A stretch of 63,310 bases of DNA, filler included, from Lenisia limosa (taxonomy: Eukaryota; Protista; Breviatea): the NCBI GenBank assembly GCA_001655205.1. It is 4 parts of 4 records of this genome, joined end to end, with 100 filler letters (N's around TTAATTAATTAA, not from the genome) between each part and the next. Parts side by side here need not be neighbours in the genome. Positions count along the whole stretch, not along the records: positions 1 to 31,325 come from LPNZ01010980.1; 3 more parts are not named here. The stretch is one strand, 5' to 3'. The translations under genes and the position numbers were made by a program. The notes below the pieces were generated by a model. It was not told where the DNA came from. It worked only from the letters and a program-made list of their open reading frames with translations, and searched no databases. This document shows positions 14,201 through 28,506 of the stretch, piece after piece (the stretch's first letter is position 1; every line of letters starts with the position of its first letter).

Positions 14201-17200
14201 AAGCTATAGGAGTGAAATTGTGTCACCGTAAAAAATTAGAATGTTGATGTCGACTGTAGCATATCAACAAAATAAAGATCACTTTGCTTATTTGACTAAG
14301 CTCTTTAATTCCGAACCAACATTTAGCCTGGGCAAAAGAGGAAGAACAGATCTTTGGGGAGCTGCTGCAATAACCGCAGCTTCATACTTCAATAATGCAG
14401 CATCTGAAGACGTAAGTTTGGAATTCTGTAATTTTACCCATTTAGATAAAACGTGGCTGTTACATTTGGAAACAATATCATAATAAACTACAGCATTGCT
14501 TTTGCATAATAAGTTTGACAAAATTAACACCTCATACCAGAGTCTTCAGCGATCGCAGCACACGCAGGATGGAGTTTTCGAAGTTCACTTAACAATGATG
14601 AATTACAGCCAGCTTTGCCGACAGTTCAAACCCCATACGTTTTGCAGACAGTTCAAACCCCATACAGGCTGTTCAAACCCCATACGTTGTGGATTCTGGA
14701 GTGTACATTGGGGCACCAGCCAAGCGCGATGACGCAGCGTTACAAATATCGTCAGCAAAGAGCGAGTTCCGCAAGGATGTGAGTGATGCGAGGGCCTAAA
14801 GAGTTAACCGTAACCATGAAATAAAAAGGAGTGTTTGGCCCGTCATATGTCACGGATTAAGAGAATTAGAATTCTGACATCACAGGCGTTATTGTAAGGT
14901 ATGATTACTTCCCCCCTTATTCAAACAATTTTCTATTGTCTAGAAAAGGAAACCATAGCAAACCTCTTTCGGAGAAGTCTGCGCAATGGGCTTGATTCCA
15001 AAAACCTCCACCGCTCCCGTGGCCAACACCATTCCAGGTTGTGCATGGAGCGTGACATGAACCACACGAACCGGCTGGAAAGAATTAACAAAGGATACAC
15101 GAGGTGAATATTGGGCTTTTAATGAACATAAACATAACACACAATCTCACTAATTTTTGACCCTTGCACCCACCTCCTCCACCCCATTCAACCTTTAAAA
15201 GTAGACCCCATACCCGTCTCTGGAAAGCTGCTCTCCCAGCAAAGTCATAATCAGGGTGCGTGAAACCAGCTGGACTGAAAGCAGACGCGACAGGGAAGGT
15301 CATACGGGTACCATGGGGTGCCGAAGGCATAATAGCGCTCTAAAGCCAGTTAAACTCTATCAAATGGCCTATGTGTTGAGAATATGTGTTGCATAGATTT
15401 AAACAAAAAAACAGTCGTGATTACAAACAAACGGAACAATTAGAGACAAGGAGGAAATACTTTTGATGAACAAAAATAAAGGAAGTGAGCGTGTATCAGA
15501 TCAACAATATCTATTCTGTACCCCATCTTCTGTCATCCTGCTGTTTTCCAGTAGTTGTCACAAGAAAAAAATCCCAACCCGCACTTATACAACAAATGAA
15601 TATCCATTCATCAGATATGAAAGGAATAAGAATCACTTTGATGGGAACTGTACAATGATGATGGTAGCAAGTTATTCCAACATCTGTATTCCACGCAAGC
15701 AAAAAAATAAATAAAAAAATATCATAAGTACAATACAAAAACACAAAAATATTTTTCTCACATTTTTCACACTGTTAACCTTTTGCTGTAACTAATGTTG
15801 TGAATGTTTTATATTGCAAAGAATCCCAAATTTGCGAGGAGAACGATTTACCATATTTTAATATCAATCAAAAATGCAAAAAAAGAAGAAAACACGATAA
15901 GAGACTGCTCATTGAAGTTGAATGGAAGAGGGATATATTTCTCGGGGAACTTGTTGCTATTTGAAACAAAAAGATGAGAAAAGTAGAAAAATACAAGAGA
16001 GAAAAAAGTAGGAATAATAAAATAAAAATGCATCGCCCGGGAATCGAACCCGGGTCGCGACGATGGCAACGTCGAATTCTACCACTGAACCAGCGATGCT
16101 ACGAAAACGAAAGAGAAATATTTAATTTCCTATCGAGAACAAATTTTCAAAAAAATTGCGTGCGCGCAATATATTTTATTTTTGTCTTTTCAAAAGCACG
16201 CATATAAACAAAAAAAAAAAAAAAAAAAANNNNNNNNNNNNCTTCGCCACCCCCATCACTTCCAATTCTTAGACCTCTAACGCGCCGCCTCCGACCAGAC
16301 GGACTTCGACTGTGACATCGCCAGGGGGGTTATCATGGGCAACCTCACCACCCACCCAATCATGGCCTTCCATGGCCCCACATGTACGTCGTTCCGGGAG
16401 TACCTGGCGGACCTCACCTCCCACCACCTCACTAACCTCACCTTTGTCTTCCAACCTCACCCCTAACCACCCACAAACTTTACCCCTTGTTTCCCTCATA
16501 CCTTCACCTATGCGATTTACAACAATTGAATACCATCCCTATTACCGGGTTTCACCTATCACATAATTATAGGTGAAACCCGTAGAACGGTATGCACTCC
16601 AAGTGCCCAGATCACTCGCCACGCCACCACAGAAGAGATCACCATCCCGCCGCCTCGCTGTAGTTTGTTCACCCGCTGCTCAATCACCCACCGCCCCGCT
16701 CCAGAAGAGATCACCCTCCCTCCAGTCCGTTGCAGCCGTTCTCCTATGTATCATTTATATCTATATTTTACTGAATGCATTTTTTGTCCTTTTGGTCAAC
16801 CGCTGGATCTCTATGATCAGTTTCAATAGAGACTTTACTGCAAAAATGCTGTTTTCCAACATTCACCGACGGGTCTCAGGACATTGATACAGAAATTGGC
16901 AGCATCCCCTTTCAACGCTCCAAAAGAACAATACTTCAAGTACAAACCTGGTAGATGGGCAGCAATGAATCAAGATGGGGGCCGATTTCAAGGTCCAACG
17001 CCACTGGGTGAGAAGGGCCATTGGTCGCGGATATCAAGGTGATTTCAGTAACATGACAAGGCTAATGTGTGAGAAACAAAACACTTGTGATGAACAACAA
17101 ATATAATATAGCGAGTATATACGATATATAAATATAGACATACATACATTATATAGTATACAATATTATACGAAATACTATATGATATACGATATATGCA

Positions 17201-20200
17201 TATATCGATATATACTATATAATATAATATATATATATGTATTATTATAGCATTTACTTTTTGATGTGATATATCATCTATGAACCCGTTATACCATACC
17301 TCTTTCAGCCAAATATAGAGTTCCACTGTCGAAACGTCTCGAGGTCCGACCCATGGCCCAGTGTGTGAACATAGGATAGCCTGGCTATTTGCAACCTGTA
17401 TTCTATAACACTGGAAATTCAAGAGAGGATAGTTGGAGGAATTTTCATCATAAGGGTAAGAACGGGGGTAACAACAAAACCAAGCCTTTCTCTAATGCTA
17501 ATGCTGAGGAATACGAAACGAAAAATAGAGTCCAGAAATCGAGTGGCACGTACTTGTTGAGCGGGGGGCGCAAGTGGGTCGTCACCCAATCTCGAAACCT
17601 CGCGTAGCACCAGGGAGCCGGGCCCTATTGACTAATAAGAGAATTTCTCGATAAATCCTCGCAAAACTATCGATACTTGTCTGGGTTTTTTCGAACCAAA
17701 GTGAACTCAACATACAATACATCTGATCAATCTTAAGCCTTTGAACAGCAGCCGGCCTTCACCAATCAATCTTAAGCCTTTGAACAACAGTCGGCTCTCA
17801 CCACTCACCACTCATCCACCGAATAACAGGTGCTAAAGTTGAAGGCATGAGAGTAGGACGGAGTCGGCCAAGGAAGGCATCAAAGCTCTGTTGGCGACCA
17901 CTGTCCTTGACCAAGTTCTGGAACCTGTGCGGGGGAGGGGTGACACAGATTATGAGGAATGGAACTCGTATGACACAGACAATGAGGAATGGAACTTGTA
18001 TGATAAATTCAAATCAAACCCAACCGTCTACTGGCGCTGATAACTGCGTTGGAGGTAGCAGGCTACAGAGTGTCAAATAAGTGACATGTTGGTATAAGCA
18101 ATTAGTATGCTAATAAGAGGTATTGGATTAGAGCATAATATTATTATATGAAAAGCTGATGCTAATTTGGAACTGTGTACCTGTAAAGCAGAGCTGAACC
18201 TTCTCATTGGTCCTGAATGAGCGGCAGGGGTATTGGTGTACGCCTGGCTACATACGTCTCCATTAACCATGAAGGCTTCTGCGAGACCAGAAAGAAGGCC
18301 TGATGAGAAGAAATTCTGTAGGGTGAGATTCCTTTTTGCATTTTTTTTGAACATATTCAAATAACCTGAGACCCCCCCCCCCCACCTCTATTTCGGAGAC
18401 TGGCTTGNNNNNNNNNNNNNNNNNNNNNNNNNNNNNNNNNNNNNNNNNNNNNNNNNNNNNNNNNNNNNNNNNNNNNNNNNGACTCCAATGCTGCATGGGG
18501 GGGGGGGAGTAAAATTGGAAGTGAATAGGATATAAACAAATGTATGATAATAAATGGTAAGGCAGGGCTTCATGGGAAGTTCACAAACAAAGTGGATCAT
18601 TATTAGGGCTCCGTGCAATTCATTGAAATAATTGCACAATTTGAAGTGTGACATATTGTCATGGGAACTCCATTGTAGACTCTTTCTTTTCAAATTTTGT
18701 TAATTTCTTTCAAAAATTAATTGCACAGAGTCGCAACTTGATAAATATCAAAATGTTTCCAATCTCTTCCAACTGAACAGAAACTCGATTGAGTAACCAA
18801 GGAGTCCCACCTGATGGCGGGTGGAAGCCTGCACCAATCACACGGCAGAGCTCCGCAAGAACCTTGCGTAATTAAAAAAGATTGCTGGAGGTGATTTTAC
18901 CATAAAATTATCTGGGTTACCACTAGGAATAGAAACTCTAGCCGAAACCACCTCTCACATGGATAGCCACGAAAAAGGTGGCAATATTAGTTCTGTCAAG
19001 ACTGTCCGCACAATTGAACCGAATAACTCCGTGTTGTTTGGTCTGGAGACAATAATCATAATAAAAAAAGAACGCAGATAAAAATCTATTTGAAACCCAA
19101 ATGCTCCGCACCTGCCGAAAATGGATCGGTACTAGGCCATTTGGTGCAATTCCGGCGTCAGTGGGGTTACAAGGCTCTTCCAATCTTTTCAGTTAAGAGA
19201 GTCAGCTGACATGTTTTTCAACCTCACTCCTCCCCCCCCCCCCNNNNNNNNNNNNNNNNNNNNNNNNNNNNNNNNNNNNNNNNNNNNNNNNNNNNNNNNN
19301 NNNNNNNNNNNNNNNNNNNNNNNNNNNNNNNNNNNAGGTCTTTGATGAATCCCTCCACAGCGCAATCCTCACCAAGATGCTTGTTATTATGGTGCCTATG
19401 GGTCAGTGATGGTCTTAGTAGGACAAGTGTGAGGGAATAGGGAGATGTTGCTGCTTCATGTTCAAATTGAATACAAAAAAATATTCTTATTAAATGAAAT
19501 GTGGACCAATATCCCATCGCCGCTCACCAGTCAAAAGTTTTGATTGATAATGGTACTGCAACCATTTCACGAACTGCATTAAGACTCTCCACAAAAGCCT
19601 TAATGATGAGCCGCAGAAAAAAGAATAAGAATATACTTTTAAGGTAGTTCAGTTTTTCATTTTGCAAAATTTTTTGGGGAAAAAAAATGCGTGAGTAATC
19701 TAAATGACCATTCGGGATAATTCTGCAGGGCAATTTTCCATCTGAAACAACAAGCCTCTGTTAGCCACATTCCAGGCCATATATCACCCATTTTTAGAAT
19801 TTTCATTTCAGGGCTGTTTTATATGAAAATTACCCAGCAGAATTATCCCGAATGGCATTTTTATTATTCTATTCCAAAAAATAAGGAACACCTATGTGTA
19901 TGTGGTGGGGGGAGTAAAACGAAGGATTTTGATCAAACAAAAAAACGAAAAACCCAAAATCAACTCAATTACAGTAAAATTAACCGGCGGGGGTAATATA
20001 TAAAATATTATGAACAATNNNNNNNNNNNNNNNNNNNNNNNNNNNNNNNNNNNNNNNNNNNNNNNNNNNNNNNNNNNNNNNNNNNNNNNNNNNNNNNNNN
20101 NNNNNAACATACTTATTTCCCTCATACCATTGACAACACGCTTTCGCCTTTTTCAGGGTCACATCGTAGCATATTACAGCAATGTATAGGAGCAGAGTTA

Positions 20201-23200
20201 TACCTAGTTATGGTCAATGAGTAGGGCCAATCCAGGAAACAAGAGTAACACTAATCTGAGTTTTACTTTGATAAATAAAAACTATTGTTACTGAAGACAA
20301 ATTATATCGAAAGTTGTTCTATTGTTTGGACCGTTTCATATGAAACAATACACCAAAAGGCGTAATATACTATTTGAATAGATGATGCATATTTCGCACC
20401 TTCTCCCAAGGCCGTTGTAGTAGTCAGCAACATTCTCGAAGGGATTTTCACGAATGACAATTACAGGCTTTTGTACCTGATTGTTGAGCTTTCACAAATT
20501 GGAGGAACATGGAAATAGAGTTCAAGTCACTTTACCTTCGACTTGATTTCACTCATCCACCACAGCGGAACAGTTCCACGCCTCCAGATTTGTGAAGCCC
20601 ATTTCACAGATGTCTAACACAGTCAATTATTGAGTGATCTATACTCTCCTTGAGCCATACGAGAGTATCCATCCCTCTTACATCTGGTCCTTCAAACCAA
20701 GTGATTAACTCACATTCCATTTCGTTTCCGACCCCTAAATTGGTAAACGAGCACGCAGAATGACAATCGCTGCTATGAACATTGTGTAGGAATCCAAGAA
20801 GCAACAGCGCAATTACCCTTCTCACCAGAAATACTGTTGATACCCCTTGCATGGTAGCGGGTTCCTGGATTACGGTTTGACTTCCTGCTAACTACACTGT
20901 GAAAAAATATCCATAAAATGAAGCAGAATTTGGAAGCATTGTGTTGCCAAATGTTGAAGCACTGCTTACCTAATATGGTGTGTAGGAGAACTTCGGGAGC
21001 CTCAGTCATGACCACCGGTACCTGAAAAATAAGAAGAAGACGGTTAAAAAGTTCAAGAACATCATTACCTCAGGAGATTGAACATTGCTGATTTCATCTT
21101 TAGCAGCAGGATCTAAACCTTTAGAATTGGTATTAATTGAACATCACATCACACTCATTATTAATGGATTCCAACCACCTCGAATAAAGATAAAGTACCT
21201 TGTTGACCCTTCCTTCCATCCCCATACCCGCATTACTCAGATCATCAGGGAGAAGCGAATTCTCCTCAGTGCCACGGGGTTCCAACTTAGGAGTGACGCG
21301 AGAAGGAAAATTTTCACTGGGTTTTCTTATTGATAAAATATTTATATCGATATAATATACATGTAGTATATATTATATATAATTTTAGTATATATAATAT
21401 AGTACCATATATTATATATAGCGATGAGAAATAAAAAATAAGGTAGTATCTGGCCAAAGCCGTCCACAACATCACCATATGATATAACAAAGTATGATAT
21501 TATGATAGTATCATATAATATGATATATTATAATATATGATATATTAAAACACGATGTTGGGGAGGAAAAAAGGATTTGAAAGAAGGCATACAAAAGATA
21601 AAATTAATTATTGAGATGAATGGCGTTATCAAATATTCCCCACAGTTAATTCAGCGAGTTGTGATGATGGACCCGATATTGATGCTTCATCTTCCTACAA
21701 ACATAAATAAATCTTACACGACGCTACGCATGGAAATGCAACACAACAAGTGACTGTCCGAGAAATGTCACATTCAATTTGTAATTATTCTGATATACAT
21801 TCTCTTTCCCTAAACGGAAATGGGAAGTATTATGAACGCTAGACTATGTTCATTGTTGGTTTTGGTTTATCTTTTATTTAATAATATATACTATATTATA
21901 TAGTATACTATATCATATGATATATGATATGATATATATATATAATATATGTAAGTGACCGGGATAAGTTTTGACCGATTTCCTCTATTATTTCCCAAGG
22001 AAAATCGGTCAAGACTTATCCCGGTCACTGTATAGTATATATAAATATATATGTATATTAGCTGTTGATGTATTAATCTTGCTCTCAAAACAGTATATCG
22101 TATGCTCCTTTTCAAATTTCCTTCATAAGTTACCATACCTTCTCAATATCATGCTCTTTGGGCTTGTGGTCAGATAATTCTACCTCGGCTGGCTCAAGGG
22201 GTGAGGCCCGGGTGGTTGTCAATCGTGCTGATCCTGAGTGGAGGGGAGTAAAATTGGAAAACTTCCATAGTATTATATGAAACAAAACAAAACAGAATCG
22301 TTAAAGGATTCATCAAACAAGAAACTTGAAGCGCATAATTAAAAAAGAACCAAAATATCAAATCAGCATAGCTTAAGTGAGTCGATTTGGGTACATCCTG
22401 TTACTCCATATTTAAAAAGTAGTAATGGGGCTTGATCTTAACCATCAACAAAAACAAATTCAAATTCCCGCCTACCTTTATAAACACCTTGGACAAGTGG
22501 CGGGCACCATGCACCAAGGCCAGCCTTAGGGGTGAAAACGGGTAAGCTGGATGATAGTTTGAGATCACAAAAAAGATGAGATTGTAGATTAAAGTAATAG
22601 AAAGAGTACGGCTGAGAACTCACCCTGACAAAAGTATCTCTGTGCCACTCATTCCAAGTGAACTCTGGATCTGGGTCGGATACGTCCTGATTTAGTTAGC
22701 AAAACAAAAGGAAATATGATCAATCCTCTTCAACCCAATACAAAACCACTCACATGTGTGGATGGATAGGCCCTGGTCACATCAAGTGATTCTGAATAGA
22801 AGTGCAAATCCGCAATGTTGAACTCTACACGGAGAGAGGGTTAATGGAAAATTTATGAAAAAACACTTGGTTGGAAAACCACTTGACACACAAAAGTTAA
22901 CAAACGAAAAAGATCATTACGTCATCTAGAGCTCCAAAAACAGTTTTGTTTTTTAGCAGAACCTGTGTAATTTTTGCTTCCCTGAAGTTTCCCCATCCCA
23001 CTTGAAAGACTCAACGCTGTTTGAACTTCCTCGGGACTGCACTTGACGTTGGTATGTGCAAGGGGGATGTGAACGCATTTTGATGATGTTACGGTTCGAA
23101 CAGAGTGACCTCCTGGGAATACCGCAGTCTTTTCCGACTAAAGTAAGGTAAGGAAGACAGACTTTAAATCATGATGTCATCAAATAGCAAAAGAACCGTC

Positions 23201-23815
23201 CACAGTGAGACATTTAGCTTACCTCAATACCAAGAGTAAGGAAAGCCGTCCTTCCGACAACAACGAAACCAATGATAGAGGTGGCGTGGCTGTATAGTAA
23301 AAAGGATCGTTCGTGCTTGTTCAATGCGCGAGAAGATTTTCCTGTATAGATTTGGAATAAACATACAGTAAGAACTTCATGGAGGGGTCTGAAGAAGTAA
23401 GAAGCTCAAGGGCCTCTTGGCGCGAAGCAAAAAGATCAACTCCTGTCACACCACCATAATGCAGCTCTCCAACAACAGGGTCAATTGTGATGACCTGGGA
23501 GATGAAAGCAGAATTACTTTAGTGAAAGAACAGTGTTATGCGAGAAGTGCTAACCTGAGTGTCATCTCGTGAGGCAAGGCGCGACACTAAAAACTGGGAA
23601 AATAAATCCGGTAGAATGAGAAAAACAACTGTTTTGGCAACCAAGTAACCGGTATATAAGGTGCACTAATGAAGACCAAAGACGAAAAGGTTGCCTTATT
23701 AAAATAGATAATTCAGCGGATGTTTAAATGAAATATGTTTGCTTTCAAAAAGAAAAAGACAACTTACGTGATGCCCATGACGGTTGACAAGAAGCGTGTG
23801 TTGGGTTTCTCTCAT
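11230..23815 (-). CDS. SAC9: SAC9-like phosphoinositide phosphatase (SAC domain plus SAC9 C-terminal region), many introns
   Basis: Exons collinear with plant SAC9: DTQVITIDPVVGELHY, EFTWNEW, SRKSNRNPGTRYHARGIN, GNEMECELITW, WRRGTVPLWW, catalytic HGVIRFNCADSLDRTN (~19010-18980), GDVCSQAYT, RFQNLVKDSGRQQSFDAFLG, VELYIWLKEPCHV, YWFAPARTRTVEIVIIL...GY...DAPIV. ATG at 23815; stop inferred at 11230-11232. Confidence 0.9.
14621..14686. repeat. Short repeat, 3 copies of (ca)gttcaaaccccatac, in a SAC9 intron
   Basis: Three copies directly visible with short spacers. Confidence 0.8.
16029..16099 (-). tRNA. tRNA-Gly (GCC)
   Basis: Reverse complement GCATCGCTGGTTCAGTGGTAGAATTCGACGTTGCCATCGTCGCGACCCGGGTTCGATTCCCGGGCGATGCA: 7-bp acceptor stem, anticodon stem CGACG/CGTCG with loop TTGCCAT, GTTCGATTC T-loop. 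Confidence 0.97.
17641..17708. repeat. Dispersed ~65-bp repeat, second copy at 40337-40400
   Basis: gaatttctcgataaatcctcg(c)aaaact...ttt(t/g)cga(a)ccaaagtgaa is shared between the two loci. Confidence 0.7.
17727..18000. repeat. Two local intronic duplications (2 x ~39 bp at 17727-17803; 2 x ~30 bp at 17938-18000)
   Basis: atcaatcttaagcctttgaaca occurs twice; atgaggaatggaact(c/t)gtatga occurs twice. Confidence 0.75.
18604..18735. mobile_element. Degenerate short copy of the hAT-type MITE family seen at 55000-55309
   Basis: Starts tagggctccgtgcaatt, identical to the reverse complement of the right terminus of the 55000 element; right end degenerate; no TSD visible. Confidence 0.65.
21954..22029. 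repeat. ~31-bp inverted repeat (long hairpin) in a SAC9 intron
   Basis: Left arm agtgaccgggataagttttgaccgatttcct; reverse complement of right arm agtgaccgggataagtcttgaccgattttcct; one substitution and one indel. Confidence 0.9.
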
Positions 23816-24316
23816 TATGCCATGACTATATCTCAACAGACTAAGAAAAACTGATCTTTTGAGGCACAGGAGGTAATGAGGAAGCCCTGGGGCTCTGGGA
23901 ATTTGAAAACAGACAACGCTTCAACTCATTAATTGTGTTATTTAAGTATTGGTTGAGAAGAGGGAACCAGTTACTAGAGAGGGCTAACAGAGGTCTTTTA
24001 GAACGCGCTTTCCCTTTCTCTTTTATATAATTTCAATAATGGGGATACGGCGAATCAGTATTTATAGAGACTAATTTAACGTGAATTTACTCTAGTTCAG
24101 TTCAATATTTCAATTTGAGGTCTTTTTGTCTGATTTGATTATTTTTTCGGACTAACTGGCATATTTGTTGAATTAGTAGGTGAGTAGAAGATGTATGAAG
24201 AGAATGGTTGAATTATTGGTGAAGCCCGGCGCCTTTTTGTCTGATTATTTAAGTAACTCCATAGATGAGGTGTTTTATTCCATTTTTCACCTCTAAAATA
24301 AAAATCTTACCAGTAA

Positions 24317-25285
<969 letters not shown>

Positions 25286-25541
25286 GGAATTGGTTGGTTA
25301 TATTTTTTCTTGTGTTTTTGTAATTTGTGGGTCTCACGAGTAGATGTATTTAATTATCGTCTGATATTTATTTGTGTTGATCTGAGTGTGGGGGTTAAGG
25401 GGATAAATTGGATATTTTTTGTGAACATTTCCCAACCCAAGCTGACAAGTAGTACCTATTGATGAAAGTCATGTTTTGACGTAATATATCATATATTAGC
25501 TACCTAATGTACATAGAAGAAAAACCTTACAATAACTTAGT

Positions 25542-28506
25542 TTACATCTGCTCCTGCTGGGCAGCCTCTTCCTGAGCTTGTTTGGCCTGATTGGTGAGAA
25601 AAGAGTCAAAGAAACAAAGGAAACGACTATGAACGTAAGTTGATGCAAACCTCCGCCTCAGCCTTGACCATGGCGTTACTGAGACCAGACACAACATCAT
25701 CAATACGGAGAAGCATGCAGGCGGACTCGACAGCAGTTTTCACCGCCTGAGATGATAAAAATAAACCCACCATAAGATTTTGTGTAAATAGGATAACCAA
25801 GACCACATACCTGGACCTTGACCTCGAAAGGCTCCCAAACTCCAAGATCGGTCATGTTGGCAACCTTGCCTTAAGGGGTCAGCACTACCCAATAATAATA
25901 ATAAAAAAAGGTAACAACGAAAGTGTATCATACCGGTCTTGCCGTTAACACCAAAGTTGGAGCTTTCGGAATGCTGGGCCTTGATCTTAGTAAGCGTACG
26001 AATGACGTTGGCACTACATCGTGAGTTCGTTCCAGTGTGGTTGAAAAGAGAATCTACTCACCCGCAATTCTTCATGAGAATGGTAGGGATGATCTCAAGA
26101 GACTTCTCAAGAGCCTGGTGGGCCTTGGCCTCTTCACCATCAATGTGTCCGAGTTCCTTGGCGATGGCCATAGAAGCAGCAATCTCAAAGGCTCCTCCAC
26201 CTGGGGGGGGGGGGGTCATAAAACGCCCAGATTGGTAACCCTATGATTCATTTTGCATGAATCTCCAAAAAGAAAAGCAGGCACGCGATGGACTCATTCA
26301 ACGGGCATACCCGGGAGAAGACGAGGGTCAAGCATGACGTTGCGCACGACGTTCATGGCATCCTGGAGGTTTCTGTCGATCTCAGCGAGAACCTAAATCG
26401 GTCACACTCGAAAAAAAAAAAACATGAGGTATTGAAAAACCCACATCTTTGCCGGCACCGCGAAGGATCATAGTGCAAGCCTTGGGGTTGACGCACTCGT
26501 CAACAAAGGTGAAGTACTCGTCACCAATTTTTTCGATCTTGAAAACACCAGCTTGGGTACCTGGTAGAGGGTTACATTCGAGCTCAGGTGAATATGATAT
26601 GAACGTGAGAACAAGATGTTGAATTGACTGAAAGGGAGGGGGTGAAGGATGAGAGACCTACCGATATCGGCCTCCTTGACGTCCTCAGGGCGATGGCAAA
26701 TAGTGGCACCGCAGGCACGGGCAAGACGAAGAGCATCACCCTTACGGAGGCGGCGGATGGCGGTGATGTTCTCTTTCACGAGGTAATGTTGGGCTAGATC
26801 GGAAACACCTAGGGGATCAGTCCCATTCATTTTTGAGCAGTACAACAAGAATATGTAGGCTGGTATAAAAAAATACAACCGTTATGCATCCTTCATACCC
26901 TTTTCGGTAAAGACGACATCGGGCTTGCAGGCGATGATGTGGTTGCACATCTCACCTAAAGGAAAGTAAATTACAAAACAAAAATCTAAAAAAAAAAAAA
27001 AAAAAAAAANNNNNNNNNNNNNNNNNNNNNNNNNNNNNNNNNNNNNNNNNNNNNNNNNNNNNNNNNNNNNNNNNNNNNNNNNNNNNNNNNNNNNNNNNNN
27101 NNCAGACTCGTTTTGAACCATGACGTTAGTCTGAGACTCACCTGAAGAAGAGTGAGAATATAGACTTAGTGGGTGTTGCCAGTGAACAAATAAACCAATA
27201 ACTCACCCTTCTTATACTCAAGGTTGCAGTCGAGGACCATGATACGAGGGTTTTTGATGAAACGCCGCATTTTGGAGTGGGTGACATCCTTGTTGACAAC
27301 AATGCCGTTCATGACATGAGAGTCTTCGATTTCTCCTCCAGGAATCTGCAGGAAAGTAAATCAACAGACACTGACCAATTGTATTTCCTAAAAAAAAATA
27401 CTGGAAAAATAATCACACAAACCTTCTCAATACGGACAAAACGCTTGATGTCGATCTCATGGCGTCCGTCAATGGTGAGGTTAACCTGCAAACATAGTGA
27501 GATAAGGTTCAGTGGGATTTCCTCGAGAAAGTGAAACAAAAACACCAAAACTATTTCTAACCGAAACCAGTTAATACAAAACCAAGATTAACAATCAAAC
27601 AAACTTAGTCTCCCACTCACCTTTGAGACTGCATCGAGGGCAAGACCGGTCATGAGGTCCATCCAACGAGCAATAAGCTTAGTACCAATACAAGACTAAA
27701 CAAATCAATAATTACCAGAGCGCAGAAAAAGGTGGGAGATGGAGCAAGGGCGATTGGAAGTTGATGGGAAGTAAGTGTTCAAAGCTCACCTGGACGATCT
27801 TCAACATCTCCTCGCGGTTTTCGACGTCAATGGGACAAGCGATCTGATCAGCTGTCTTGAGAACAACCTCAAGACCCTTGTTAAGGCCAGCAAGAATTTG
27901 CTTGATCGTTAGAGGAGTGAAAAAGAAGATATCAGTGCAATAATCCTTACCTGAGGATGCATGTTACGCTGAAGGTAAGGCTTGCATTGCTCAAGAAGCT
28001 CTCCGGCAAGGATAATGACGCTGGTGGTTCCATCACCGACGTTCTCGTCCTGAGCTCTGGCAAGTTCAAGCATAGACTTGGCAGCAGGGTGTGTGACATC
28101 GATTTCACGAAGAATAGCGTGACCATCATTGGTGAGCACAATTCCTGGAATACAGTTACTTCATGATCCTCAAAACTAAGACTAATTTGACAAAAAAAAA
28201 CATCCACCAACCGCCCATAGGGTCAAGAAGCATTTTCATCATAGCATTGGGTCCAAGACAGGTCTTAATGATATTTGAAACGGCCTACAGGGTGTTAATG
28301 TTCAATTCAATACCCTGTTTTAAGTCTTAGAAACAATAAAAAGAAGCTTACATGTCCAGCAGCAATGTTATCAAACTGGGCCTTCTTTCCCGTGTCACGC
28401 TTGGTGTTGGTATCTAGAATAAGTGAGAACTGCTTGAAAGACTATTTTAGGCGCTTCCAGTCTTCAAAAAACCCAACATACTCATAACAAGAATAGGAGA
28501 CTGCAT
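25542..28506 (-). CDS. CCT3: Chaperonin CCT subunit gamma (TCP-1 gamma)
   Basis: MQSPILVM..., TCLGPNAMMKMLLDPMGG, TNDGHAILREIDVTHPAAKSM, GDGTTSVIILAGE, RHEIDIKRFVRIEKV, KTAVESACMLLRIDDVVSG; stop at 25542-25544. Confidence 0.96.

Noticed and set aside
17100-17280. Recurrent AT-rich atatatgatat blocks (also ~21350-21550, 21880-21950, 54050-54110, 62630-62780) and CA runs
   Set aside because: Degenerate microsatellite sequence; noted only as flanks of the TA-associated repeat.
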